A stretch of 25,045 nucleotides of DNA, taken from the NCBI GenBank assembly GCA_964510585.1, contig CAZECW010000101.1, positions 1 to 25,045 on the forward strand. Direction: 5' to 3'. Below the pieces are notes generated by a model. It was not told where the DNA came from and searched no databases. It saw only the letters and a program-made list of their open reading frames with translations. The stretch is from an uncultured archaeon (lineage in GTDB: Archaea; Asgardarchaeota; Jordiarchaeia; Jordiarchaeales; Jordiarchaeaceae). Positions within the stretch are counted from its first letter, which is position 1. Each line of letters starts with the position of its first letter. Made by a program: the position numbers and the translations under genes. Positions 1-9,033 of the stretch are shown one piece after another.

Positions 1-135
1 TGCGTCTTGTTTAGCCTCTTAAGCCCAAGCCAAACCCTTCAGCTACCAACAACTATTTATATACCATACTTTCAAATAAATTTTCTGGCGATTCATCCCC
101 ACGACTAAAGTCGGGGGCTTTCTCGCCAAGGTTTT
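1..135 (-). mobile_element. Non-autonomous IS200/IS605-family mini-element (MITE/PATE-like), copy 1: left end and promoter, truncated by the window edge
   Basis: The minus strand reads TTAC|AAAACCTTGGCGAG-AAAG-CCCCCGACT-TT-AGTCG-T-GGGG. This gives a TTAC target (139-136), an AAAG guide at +15..+18 (121-118) and an imperfect hairpin (97-117) with one bulged T, matching IS608 left-end rules. Positions 1-124 align to 24919-25045 with 6 substitutions and 3 single-base indels. Confidence 0.85.
55..63 (-). promoter_or_regulatory. Archaeal TATA box inside the mini-element, pointing toward its right end
   Basis: The minus strand reads TTGAAAGTATGG-TATATAAAT-AG, with a purine-rich stretch upstream. 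The equivalent site in copy 2 (24974-24982) is TATGTAAAT. Confidence 0.55.
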
Positions 136-139
136 GTAA
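136..139 (-). other. TTAC target tetranucleotide flanking the element left end
   Basis: GTAA on the + strand is TTAC on the minus strand (TTTAC with base 140). It lies 15 nt from the AAAG guide, the pairing established for IS608. Confidence 0.75.
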
Positions 140-482
140 AGTTTCCAGATTTCTCCTTGGAGGAGAGGGTTATATGGCTCTCTTTTCGATTTAGAAGCTC
201 AAAGATGAGGCCTGGAATCATAATTCTAAACTCTTCTCTAGATTAAGAGAGGGAGGCTGTAAAGAATTAAAAATGTTTTACAGTAATTCTTATTTCTTTG
301 AAATTTCGAGTATTTTAAGTGTGCCTGTCTCTCTAACTGGCAGAACTTAAGTGAAAATATAAAAATATATTAAAATAAGTAAGGATAACATGTAAAAAGT
401 AGTTACTTAAAATTTTGCAGATATATTTTAAAGTTAAGTGTTTAATTTTCAGCCTACGAACAACTGTTCCGAGTAAAAGCTT

Positions 483-1991
483 ATGTTTAATCTGGAAAGT
501 GTATCAGGGTCACTTATTCCAAAATGGGCGGAGTACTTTCTTCAACCGCCCCTCTCAGCTCAGATAATCTTTACTGTAATTCTTTTAGTTACATTCATTT
601 TGATTGCAACTAGACGTCTTCACGGAACTGTTGCAGCACTGGGGGGAGCTGTGGTCGCATTGATTTTTGGGGTTTATTTCTCCAAAGTTTATTACTGGGT
701 TCCCTATTTTACATTCTATGTTTCGGGAGGCCTTGTAAGCAGAGAACTACTTTTTTCAGCCAGCGATGTCTATAAAGAATTCATAGATTGGTCCACTCTG
801 CTTATCATTATTTCTGTGGTTATTATTACTACGGTTGCCAGCCGCTCAGGGCTATTCGAGTACATTATACTGAGGGTGGTGAAGTTTAGCGCAGGAGACA
901 TAAGAAAACTCTTCCTCAGCATATGGTTTTTAGCGTTCCTTCTAACTATGTTGCTAAGCGGTGACCCAACAGCAATCATGACTATCCCCCTAATATTGTT
1001 AATATGTAAGGTATTGGACTTGAATCCTACACCCTATTTATTTGGCACTGTCTTTGTGATTAATGTGGCTGCTGCTTCCACTCTTGTTGCTAGTTTCATA
1101 AATATTCTGGTTTCTGGTCATTACAATTCTGATCCGTCGCGTTGGCTATCCTATCCTACATTTATGGTTTTAGGTTTGCCCGTCTCTCTGCTCTGCACGG
1201 GTATAGTAATATTGTTTATATTCCGCCGTTATGGAAAAGCCTTCAGTGTACCGCAAGAAAAAGTGGAATATTGGGAGTTGAGAGCGGAGTTGCTATCCTT
1301 GGACGCGAAAGTCCTTATAGCAAATCCAAAAATGTTTCGAAAGCTGAGCGCACTTCTGACGGCGGCAGTAATGGGTTTTATAGTTGCGGGATTGTTACAC
1401 GTTCCATTTTACGTGGTTTCTCTGTTTTTTGCCTTTGCCTTTATCTTGGTGAGCGGAGTTGATCCTGTTAAAACCTTTAAAGAAGTGGATTGGAGCCTGG
1501 TGTTCTTCTTCATAGGAGTATTCATAATTGTGGGTGGGGTGCACAGCACCAAGGTCTTGGAGAGTCTTGGAAGTAGTCTTGGTAGCCTGACTACTGGCAA
1601 TGTTCTAGGTACAGTCAGCCTTGTGACATTATTTTGTGGTTTATTATCAGGAGTGATGGACAACATTTCTGTAACTACAGCACTATTATACGTCACACCC
1701 AGCCTATCTGCATCCGCCCTAATAAATCAAAACCTCGTAATATGGTCACTAATATTTGGGTCTAATATGGGGAATAATCTAACTCCTATAGGAAGCTTAC
1801 CAAATCTCCTAGCAATCACAAGCTTAGAGAAGGAGAAGATTAAAGTTACATGGTTTGACTTTATGAAACAAGGAGCGCCCATAGTAATTATGTGCCTCTT
1901 TGCTGCGATACTGTCGCTAATTTTAATTGGGCATCTTCTCGGTTGGGGAATAGACATCACCAGTCTCTTCTCCTACCTATACTCACGGTAA
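483..1991 (+). CDS. ArsB/NhaD (IT superfamily, SLC13/P-protein-like) permease, paralog 1
   Basis: 502 aa with about 12-13 hydrophobic segments. Motifs: IDWSTL, SGLFEYI, VDWSLVFFFIGVFIIVGG, SGVMDNI, GNNLTPIGSLPN. Confidence 0.9.
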   Translation: MFNLESVSGSLIPKWAEYFLQPPLSAQIIFTVILLVTFILIATRRLHGTVAALGGAVVALIFGVYFSKVYYWVPYFTFYVSGGLVSRELLFSASDVYKEFIDWSTLLIIISVVIITTVASRSGLFEYIILRVVKFSAGDIRKLFLSIWFLAFLLTMLLSGDPTAIMTIPLILLICKVLDLNPTPYLFGTVFVINVAAASTLVASFINILVSGHYNSDPSRWLSYPTFMVLGLPVSLLCTGIVILFIFRRYGKAFSVPQEKVEYWELRAELLSLDAKVLIANPKMFRKLSALLTAAVMGFIVAGLLHVPFYVVSLFFAFAFILVSGVDPVKTFKEVDWSLVFFFIGVFIIVGGVHSTKVLESLGSSLGSLTTGNVLGTVSLVTLFCGLLSGVMDNISVTTALLYVTPSLSASALINQNLVIWSLIFGSNMGNNLTPIGSLPNLLAITSLEKEKIKVTWFDFMKQGAPIVIMCLFAAILSLILIGHLLGWGIDITSLFSYLYSR

Positions 1992-2030
1992 AACATCTTA
2001 ATAATAGAAACTCTAGCAAAACCTTCCTTC

Positions 2031-2063
2031 TTGAATCTCTTCGCAACTAAAGGTGGGCGTTTC
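2031..2063 (-). mobile_element. Degenerate solo right end related to the IS200/IS605 mini-element
   Basis: TTGAATCTCTTCGCAACTAAAGGTGGGCGTTTC matches the copy 2 right end (24778-24810) at 25/33 positions without gaps, including the terminal TTGA (TCAA on minus) at the correct spacing. The hairpin is partly eroded. Confidence 0.5.
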
Positions 2064-2322
2064 CGGCGATAACTTGAGGTATTTTGTCTTCAAAAACCCT
2101 CAGTAAGATACGTTTCTTTCAAATTATGAAAATGTTTTTCAGTTTAAATATAAAAGCGAAATCAAGAATTAATCATCTATCAAGAAACAGTGTGTTAAAT
2201 TCCTTAAAATTTAAAAGTTTTTCTTTGGAATATATTTAAAACATCTAAGTGTAAAAGCCCGGCTGCCATACTTTTGCCTTCACCGCATTTTAAGGTGCTA
2301 ATTTGACAAGGGGTGAAAGATT

Positions 2323-3828
2323 ATGTTTGGTTTAAAGGAAGCTATGGGTGCACTAATTCCCGATTGGGCAAATTATATACTGAAGCTGCAACTTTTTCCT
2401 GCTCAAATAGTTTTTACAGTTATAGTTATTGTTGCGTTTGGGCTGATAGCAACCGGGCGTCTCAATAGGACAATGGCGGCTTTGGGGGGAGCGGTGGCTA
2501 CACTTGTTGCCGGATATTATTTTTCCTTTGTTTATTCTTGGGTTCCCTTTTTCAAGTGGTTTGTGTCGGGGGGACTTGTTTCATCGGAGTTACTGTTCTC
2601 CTTTGAAGACGTTTATAAAGAATTTATTAGCTGGTCTACTCTGCTCATCGTTATTTCTATTGTTATTATTACTACGGCTGCCAGTCGCTCGGGACTCTTT
2701 GAGTACATCATACTCAGAGTGGTGAAGTTTAGCAAAGGAGACATAAGAAAACTATTCCTCCATCTGTGCATATTATCATTTGCTTTAACTATGATTTTGG
2801 GAAATAACCCCACCTTGATTATAATGAGTACATTAATTTTCATGATTGCCAGAATTCTTGACCTAAATCCCGTTCCATATATACTCGGAATTCTGTTTGT
2901 AATTAATGCAGCCAGCACATCAACAGTTATTGGTAGTTTCGTAAACTTGCTAATTTCAGGTCACTATAATTTGGATCCCACGCGTTATCTCTCCTATACC
3001 AATTTTCTCCTGTTAGGATTGCCCTTCGGAGTAATAAGTGCACTGATTACCTTGTTCTTCTTGTTTCACAACTATAAAGAGTCCTTCCAAGTGCCTGAGG
3101 ACAGAGAAGAATTCTTTGAGATAAGATCCAGACTGCTCAGCCTTGATGAACATAAATTGATGAGGGATCCAAAATTGTTTCAGCGAATAAGTATTCTGCT
3201 CGTAGCTACCATTTTGGTATTTGTTGTGGCGGGATTCCTCGGCGTACCCTTCTATGTAGTAGCATTATTGTTCGCTTTTCTTTTTCTGATTATTAGTGGG
3301 GAAAGCCCAGAGAAAACTTTGCGTGAGGTAAACTGGAGTCTCATATTCTTCTTTATAGGAATATTCATCATGGTAGGTGGGCTTAACAGTACGGGAATTT
3401 TGGAGAACTTGGGAAGCAGTCTTGGAAAACTTACAGTCGCCAACGTCCCATTGACAGCCACCCTCGTAACAATGCTAAGCAGCACGCTATCCGGAGTGCT
3501 TTACAACATTTCCGTAACATCAGCACTATTATTCGTAACACCAAGCTTATCCTCGTCTGCCCTAATAAACGAAAACCTCGTGATATGGTCACTCATATAT
3601 GGAGCAAATATTGCAGCTAGCCTAACCCCCATCGGGGGACTCCCCAGCCTAATTGCAGTAACATCACTAGAGAAAGAGGGGTACCCTATATCCTGGATCA
3701 AATTTATAAAAATTGGAGCACCTATCACACTGGTAAGTGTGGTTGCAGGCATATTGCTGCTCATAGGCTATTCTCGCATCCTAGGCTGGGGAATAGATCT
3801 ATCCAATCTATTAGCCACGCCATATTAA
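2323..3828 (+). CDS. ArsB/NhaD (IT superfamily) permease, paralog 2 (tandem duplicate)
   Basis: 501 aa, colinear with paralog 1 along its whole length. Bases 2701-2760 match 858-917 at 54/60. Signature motifs are altered (SGVLYNI, AASLTPIGGLPS). Confidence 0.9.
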   Translation: MFGLKEAMGALIPDWANYILKLQLFPAQIVFTVIVIVAFGLIATGRLNRTMAALGGAVATLVAGYYFSFVYSWVPFFKWFVSGGLVSSELLFSFEDVYKEFISWSTLLIVISIVIITTAASRSGLFEYIILRVVKFSKGDIRKLFLHLCILSFALTMILGNNPTLIIMSTLIFMIARILDLNPVPYILGILFVINAASTSTVIGSFVNLLISGHYNLDPTRYLSYTNFLLLGLPFGVISALITLFFLFHNYKESFQVPEDREEFFEIRSRLLSLDEHKLMRDPKLFQRISILLVATILVFVVAGFLGVPFYVVALLFAFLFLIISGESPEKTLREVNWSLIFFFIGIFIMVGGLNSTGILENLGSSLGKLTVANVPLTATLVTMLSSTLSGVLYNISVTSALLFVTPSLSSSALINENLVIWSLIYGANIAASLTPIGGLPSLIAVTSLEKEGYPISWIKFIKIGAPITLVSVVAGILLLIGYSRILGWGIDLSNLLATPY

Positions 3829-4101
3829 AGGAATAAGATTTAGAGAACCCCCTTTCCACCCATCGTAAGTTATTTCCTCCTTTTCTAAGTTACCTCTTAT
3901 TTTCTCATACATTTGTGCCTGGCTCCCCCAAAAAAATTTGTTGAAGGCCGACATTTAATCTGTTAATTACATAAATTGGAGGAAATGAAGCAGAGCTACT
4001 TGAAGTAGGGTTACAGAACATTTAATATTTCATCCGCCACTCTTTGCACAAGCTGCATAAAAGACCAAAATTCTTTGCGAGGCGTTAAATTTTTTGGGGT
4101 A

Positions 4102-4156
4102 AAAACGTTTATTACCTTCGCAAATCTATAATATATAAAGCTTTTATATCTGGAGG
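4102..4156 (+). promoter_or_regulatory. Putative BRE/TATA and GGAGG ribosome-binding site of the 910-aa gene
   Basis: AAAAACG-TTTATTA near 4102-4114, then an AT-rich stretch and GGAGG at 4152-4156, 7 nt before ATG 4164. Confidence 0.4.
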
Positions 4157-4163
4157 ACAATGC

Positions 4164-6896
4164 ATGACTCTGAAAGCGAAGGCCAAGAAAATCTTCACGA
4201 TTAAAAGAGTTATTCTGATTTCACTCGCAATAATCATTGGTTTAGTAGCTTGGATTGACTATTGGGCTATATATGTTGACTACCTAACTCGAGGACCAGT
4301 CATTGCATATTTTCACTACATACTAAGGGACTATCAACTTACACACCTTGTTCAGGAGTATGCGCAGGGTGGAGCTCCACTTTTACTTTTCCTAGTGGCT
4401 TCTCTTGGGGACGGCTTACCAGACGGCTTGCTTGATACAGGTATCGTAGCCGGCCTCTTCATTCTGGGAAAAAACCTACAAACCCAAATTCTAGTTTACA
4501 CTCTCAAGTACCAGTTGAGAGGGGGCTACGAGTACGCCATAGTAATTACCATGATAGTCATTGGTATCATAGGTGGATTTTTCTCGCAGTTTCAAGTATA
4601 CAGTTTAATGTGGAAGAGCTTCCTGTACTCATTCAAAAAAGTTAAAGTTATACTTACCTGGCTGCTTTTCTTGATAGCTCCATTCCTCATAGGGTATTGG
4701 GCGAAGGTACGCTTCATCACACAGTCACAACTACAATTTGGACCTTGGACAATATACTACAATGAAGTGCTTATGCTCTGCTTTGTTTACGCTTTCGTGG
4801 TTGTAGCCCTCTCAGCCTTCTTCAGCAAGCGGTTCTGGAGTGGAGCATTCATAGGAGGCACAATAAGCCTTGCCTCATTCGTTGGAATACTAAGGACAGG
4901 AGCACCACAACTAATTCATGACCTCATCTGGCTCCCCTACTATATATCGGTTCAGGGCAGCATAGTGAGATACTTCCAAGACGCATTTGGAGTTTGGCAG
5001 GCGGACCTAAACATAGCTTACACAGCCATGGCAGCGACATTCATTGCAATTGCGGCTCTTTGGGGAGGATTCTGGGCATCTATGGGAAGAGTCAGCTCTT
5101 ACACCGAACCTACACCTGAGATGAAAACGGCGCAAGGTTTTGCATACATATTCCGAGACCTATGGTCAAACTACTTCCTCCTAGGAAAAAACGCAGTTGA
5201 CGAGTACAAAAAGGGCGCACCAGGGTTAAGGGCTAGAGTTCTGAGACTCTTTAGAAGACAACCCGAATACGAAACCTACGAGCACATGGATCGGGTGCCC
5301 AGGGGAGAAAAGCCCAGACTACCGGAGTATGACCTAGAAATCATACCCAAAGAAGAAAACAAGTGTATGGTTCGAGTAATAAAGACAAAGGAGGAAATAG
5401 GCCCCCTATACGACCCTAACTATCTCGCAGAGAAGTATAAGCCGCACTGGAACCCCTTCGAACTAGCGTATCGAGTCAATGTAGTAAGATCAATAACTCC
5501 ACTAGTGGCATTATTAATAGCAGTTGCCACTGTTTACTTCGCCATAACTATTCAACCCTACCTCCAAAACATATTTCTACCAGGCGATTTATGGAAGCTT
5601 GTAACTACAGGTGAGGTACGGATACTAGTAATAGCTGCAATGGTGCTATACGCCTTCATCGTCCTATTCTCAATCTATTGGGGTAGAAAGTCTAGAGCAA
5701 TACTGCAAGAATCACCTGAGGGGGCGCCAGCTGTTATAACTATAGGAGTATTCTCGAGCGTGGCCTTTATATTCTCAGAATATATCCTCCTAAGGCTAGC
5801 CGACTTCCTTACAATTAATATTCTTAACTCCCCCTACTTCAGACAATATGTCTTGGGAGAAGACCCCGCATTAATCCCTATCACCCCCTCGCTGCTTGAC
5901 CAGTACTCAATAATAGCTGCAATTCCATTTAATCTAACATTCACCGCTTGCCTCTACGGAATACTGTTCCTACTTGTGGCAAGCTTCATACTGGGATTAT
6001 CTGGAGTTCAAGTACTGGGGCTTGAAAGATACACACTGTACCTTTACGCTAACGAGGGACCGCTATTCCCATACAAAGACCGTGAAGACGCTCCTGTATG
6101 GGTAGAAGGAAAATACTATTGGGTAATGCGCTTCACCTACCTATGGCCAGGCGAATTCACGCTGTCCTCAAGGTCCTTATACCATGAAGACTATGAAAGA
6201 GTGGAAGTTTGGGTTAATGCAGAAACAGGAGTGTTGGAATGGATAGTGAGTGATTATCACTGGAGAGAACTTTTCTATCGCGTTCCAGACGATGGTAAGG
6301 ATCATAGAATCATAGTGGACTTCAACACCAACTTTCATACACCCAATTTTACTCTGCTACACCCAGAAGAATTAGCGGATTTTGAAGTTGAAGATCCATT
6401 GAAGGCAGCTTTCACTCTGAGTAAGGATTGGGTTAAGAAGGGCCGCCAGAGGACCCGTGAACTTTTCAAGAATATAAGTCAAAAGTTTTCATCAAGCATT
6501 CTCCGAAGAGAAGAGGGATACGCGGTTAAAACTAGGTCGAAATATGTAGAAGACTACTTCATAGACATCCCCCCGGGCGTTCGGCGAGCTACCGCGAACG
6601 TTTGTGCCAAGCTTCCCTGGAGTTTCTGGAGGTATCCTTTAGGCGTTCCAACAATTGATCCTAAGACTGGAAAATATTATTACAGGGAGGACAATTATTT
6701 CCCACCCCCCATCGACGCTCCACTACACCCCATCAAAAAGAAGATAGATGGCATCGGCACATCCGCTGTTTTAAACCAGCAGGTATGTGCTAACTGTTTC
6801 ACTCTTAACACTATAGATCTGCATTCAAGTGAGGCTAAGAATTGGCAATGTAAAAAATGTGGAGAGGATATGAGAAGACAGTCCATGATTCACTAA
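4164..6896 (+). CDS. Large polytopic membrane protein with a putative Vps62/NPP1-like soluble domain and C-terminal zinc ribbon
   Basis: 910 aa with more than 10 hydrophobic helices. The soluble C-terminal part contains YYWVMRFTYLWP and HEDYERVEVWV and ends in CANC-x17-CKKC. GGAGG lies upstream. The domain call is motif-based inference. Confidence 0.75.
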   Translation: MTLKAKAKKIFTIKRVILISLAIIIGLVAWIDYWAIYVDYLTRGPVIAYFHYILRDYQLTHLVQEYAQGGAPLLLFLVASLGDGLPDGLLDTGIVAGLFILGKNLQTQILVYTLKYQLRGGYEYAIVITMIVIGIIGGFFSQFQVYSLMWKSFLYSFKKVKVILTWLLFLIAPFLIGYWAKVRFITQSQLQFGPWTIYYNEVLMLCFVYAFVVVALSAFFSKRFWSGAFIGGTISLASFVGILRTGAPQLIHDLIWLPYYISVQGSIVRYFQDAFGVWQADLNIAYTAMAATFIAIAALWGGFWASMGRVSSYTEPTPEMKTAQGFAYIFRDLWSNYFLLGKNAVDEYKKGAPGLRARVLRLFRRQPEYETYEHMDRVPRGEKPRLPEYDLEIIPKEENKCMVRVIKTKEEIGPLYDPNYLAEKYKPHWNPFELAYRVNVVRSITPLVALLIAVATVYFAITIQPYLQNIFLPGDLWKLVTTGEVRILVIAAMVLYAFIVLFSIYWGRKSRAILQESPEGAPAVITIGVFSSVAFIFSEYILLRLADFLTINILNSPYFRQYVLGEDPALIPITPSLLDQYSIIAAIPFNLTFTACLYGILFLLVASFILGLSGVQVLGLERYTLYLYANEGPLFPYKDREDAPVWVEGKYYWVMRFTYLWPGEFTLSSRSLYHEDYERVEVWVNAETGVLEWIVSDYHWRELFYRVPDDGKDHRIIVDFNTNFHTPNFTLLHPEELADFEVEDPLKAAFTLSKDWVKKGRQRTRELFKNISQKFSSSILRREEGYAVKTRSKYVEDYFIDIPPGVRRATANVCAKLPWSFWRYPLGVPTIDPKTGKYYYREDNYFPPPIDAPLHPIKKKIDGIGTSAVLNQQVCANCFTLNTIDLHSSEAKNWQCKKCGEDMRRQSMIH

Positions 6897-6942
6897 AAGT
6901 TTAGTTTCCCTATTCCTTCTTTTTTGTTTCTCTCCTTTCTAT

Positions 6943-8265
6943 CTATTGTCTGCTGTTAAGGAAATTTTCCAGAGCTTCTTCCAAATCAGGTTTTCCTATT
7001 TCTTGGAGTTCGTATCTTATTCGGACTGTGGTTTTGTTAACTTTTAGGAGTCTTCGGAGGTCTATGGGTGTTCCTATGATTACTGTGTCGCAGTCTGTGG
7101 CTTCAATGGTTTGTTTTAGTTCATCTATTTGTTCGGGGCTGTATCCCATTGCGGGTAGGAGTGCTCCTATTTGGGGGTATTCTTCGAATACCTTTCTTAT
7201 GGAGCCCACAGCATAGGGTCTGGGATCAACTATTTCTTTTGCCGCATATTTTCTCGCAGCCACTATTCCGGCTCCATAGCTCATTCCGCCGTGAGTCAGA
7301 GTGGGACCGTCCTCCACTACCAGTACCCTTTTGTCTCGGATTAGGTCGGGGTTTTCCACAGTGATGGGAGATGCGGCTTTGATTATGGTTGCTTTGGGGT
7401 TTAGTTTTTTGATGTTTTTTATGGTTTGCTCCACATGGTCAGGTTTTGCACTGTCTATCTTGTTGATTATGATTATGTCTGCCATGCGTGCGTTTGTTTC
7501 TCCAGGATAGTAGGTTAGTTCGTGTCCGGGTCGATGGGGGTCAACTAGCACTATTTGTAGGTCGGGTTTGTAGAAGGGGAAGTCATTGTTGCCTCCATCC
7601 CACAATATTATGTCAGCTTCTTTTTCAGCTTCCTCCAAGATTTTTTGGTAATCAACCCCAGCATAAACAATGTTTCCCCGGTCAATATGGGGTTCGTACT
7701 CTTCTCTCTCTTCTATGGTGGTTTGGTATTTGTCCAAGTCTTCATAGGTTGCGAATCTCTCGCATACCTGATTTTTCAGGTCTCCGTAGGGCATGGGATG
7801 TCTTACGACCACTACTCTTAATCCTTTACTGCGTAGAATGTCTGAGACTTTCCTTGTGGTTTGACTTTTTCCCGAGCCTGTCCTCACAGCGCAGATAGAT
7901 ATTACTGGTTTTTTAGATTTTAGCATGGTGGCTTTGGGCCCCATAAGACGGAAATCCGCCCCACAGGCCAACACAAGTGAAGCCTTGTTCATCACGGTTA
8001 TATGGGAGAGGTCAGTGTAAGCTAGGACTACTTGGTCCACATCGTATTTTTTGATGAGGTTAGGTAGCTCTTCTTCAGGGTATATTCTTATGCCTTTAGG
8101 GTAGAGGGGCCCGGCAAGTTCTGGAGGATACACCCTGTTCTCTATTTTGGGTATTTGAGCTGCTGTGAAAGCTACAACCTCATAATGATCGTTTTTTCTA
8201 AAGTAAATATTAAAATTGTGGAAATCCCTTCCCGCCGCGCCCATGATTATCACTTTGGTTCTCAA
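6943..8265 (-). CDS. arcE: COG2403 P-loop protein, arginine synthetase ArcE-like (often annotated as GTPase or cyclic 2,3-diphosphoglycerate synthetase)
   Basis: Family signatures MGAAGRDFHNFN, AVRTGSGKSQT (Walker A), RHPMPYG, TIEEREEYEPH, WDGGNND and VEDGPTLTHGGM. TTG start with GGAGG 7 nt upstream. Confidence 0.75.
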   Translation of the reverse strand: MRTKVIIMGAAGRDFHNFNIYFRKNDHYEVVAFTAAQIPKIENRVYPPELAGPLYPKGIRIYPEEELPNLIKKYDVDQVVLAYTDLSHITVMNKASLVLACGADFRLMGPKATMLKSKKPVISICAVRTGSGKSQTTRKVSDILRSKGLRVVVVRHPMPYGDLKNQVCERFATYEDLDKYQTTIEEREEYEPHIDRGNIVYAGVDYQKILEEAEKEADIILWDGGNNDFPFYKPDLQIVLVDPHRPGHELTYYPGETNARMADIIIINKIDSAKPDHVEQTIKNIKKLNPKATIIKAASPITVENPDLIRDKRVLVVEDGPTLTHGGMSYGAGIVAARKYAAKEIVDPRPYAVGSIRKVFEEYPQIGALLPAMGYSPEQIDELKQTIEATDCDTVIIGTPIDLRRLLKVNKTTVRIRYELQEIGKPDLEEALENFLNSRQ

Positions 8266-8546
8266 ACCGCGGCCTCCTGCAAATATGGTAATGGTCTCTT
8301 AATTATTGAGACTTATACTGCACACTTTTTTATAAGGGTAATTCATGCAAAAACATTAAAATAAACTAGTATTACCTCTCAAATGCAGGTTGAATACTAT
8401 GTTTAAAAAGGGATAAAAAAATTAAAAACCGCGCCTCAATGGACATTGTCCGATTTTGGAAAATAGAAGCGAATAAAGCCGAAAAATGGTGAGGTAGCAG
8501 TGCTATGAAATGGGCTTGGAAAAGTAGTTATTTGATTATTGTGGGG

Positions 8547-8948
8547 TTAGTTGGAGAGTGAACGTAAAATTTTTTCTTGTATTTTTTCGAATATTGCTTC
8601 GTTGTAGTTCAGTCTTTCTACTTTTACTCTTGCTCTTTGGGAGATTAGGAGGAGGTAAATTTTGTGCATTGTTTCGCGGTCGTATACTAGGACTGAGAAG
8701 CTGAGTCCACTTAGTCCGGGTTCGCCTTTGACGCCTTCTCTTAGGAGTTTGTTGTTGTTTTCGTAATCGTTGATTATTTTTCCCACGTTTTTTGGTTCGG
8801 ATATTCTACCGTTAAAGGAATAGTTTACTCGGTAAACCCCGTTTTCTTTTATGTTTTGGAGTATGATCTCGTGTGGTTTTACCAGTAATTGGTCTGTTTC
8901 CTCTGAAAATTCGGTTGGGCTGGATGGTTTTTCAGCAGACGAGATCAT
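8547..8948 (-). CDS. Hypothetical protein (~133 aa; start ATG 8948 preferred over 9080)
   Basis: Open frame with protein-like composition from MISSAEKP onward and no recognised motif. The upstream extension runs through a tandem repeat and an AT-rich promoter-like region. Confidence 0.55.
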   Translation of the reverse strand: MISSAEKPSSPTEFSEETDQLLVKPHEIILQNIKENGVYRVNYSFNGRISEPKNVGKIINDYENNNKLLREGVKGEPGLSGLSFSVLVYDRETMHKIYLLLISQRARVKVERLNYNEAIFEKIQEKILRSLSN

Positions 8949-9006
8949 TTTAGTTACCCATTTTTGGATAGGTCTCCGGGGAATATAAACACCTTTGTGT
9001 GTACTT

Positions 9007-9033
9007 TTTCCAGTGTTTCCAGTGTTTCCAGTG
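9007..9033 (+). repeat. Three perfect tandem copies of TTTCCAGTG
   Basis: Copies at 9007-9015, 9016-9024 and 9025-9033, in the divergent region between the hypothetical gene and the roadblock gene. Confidence 0.95.

Noticed and set aside
97-117. Element hairpins as intrinsic terminators or CRISPR repeats
   Set aside because: There is no regularly spaced array or cas gene. The bulged stems with AAAG/GAAT and TTAC/TCAA fit IS200/IS605 ends much better.
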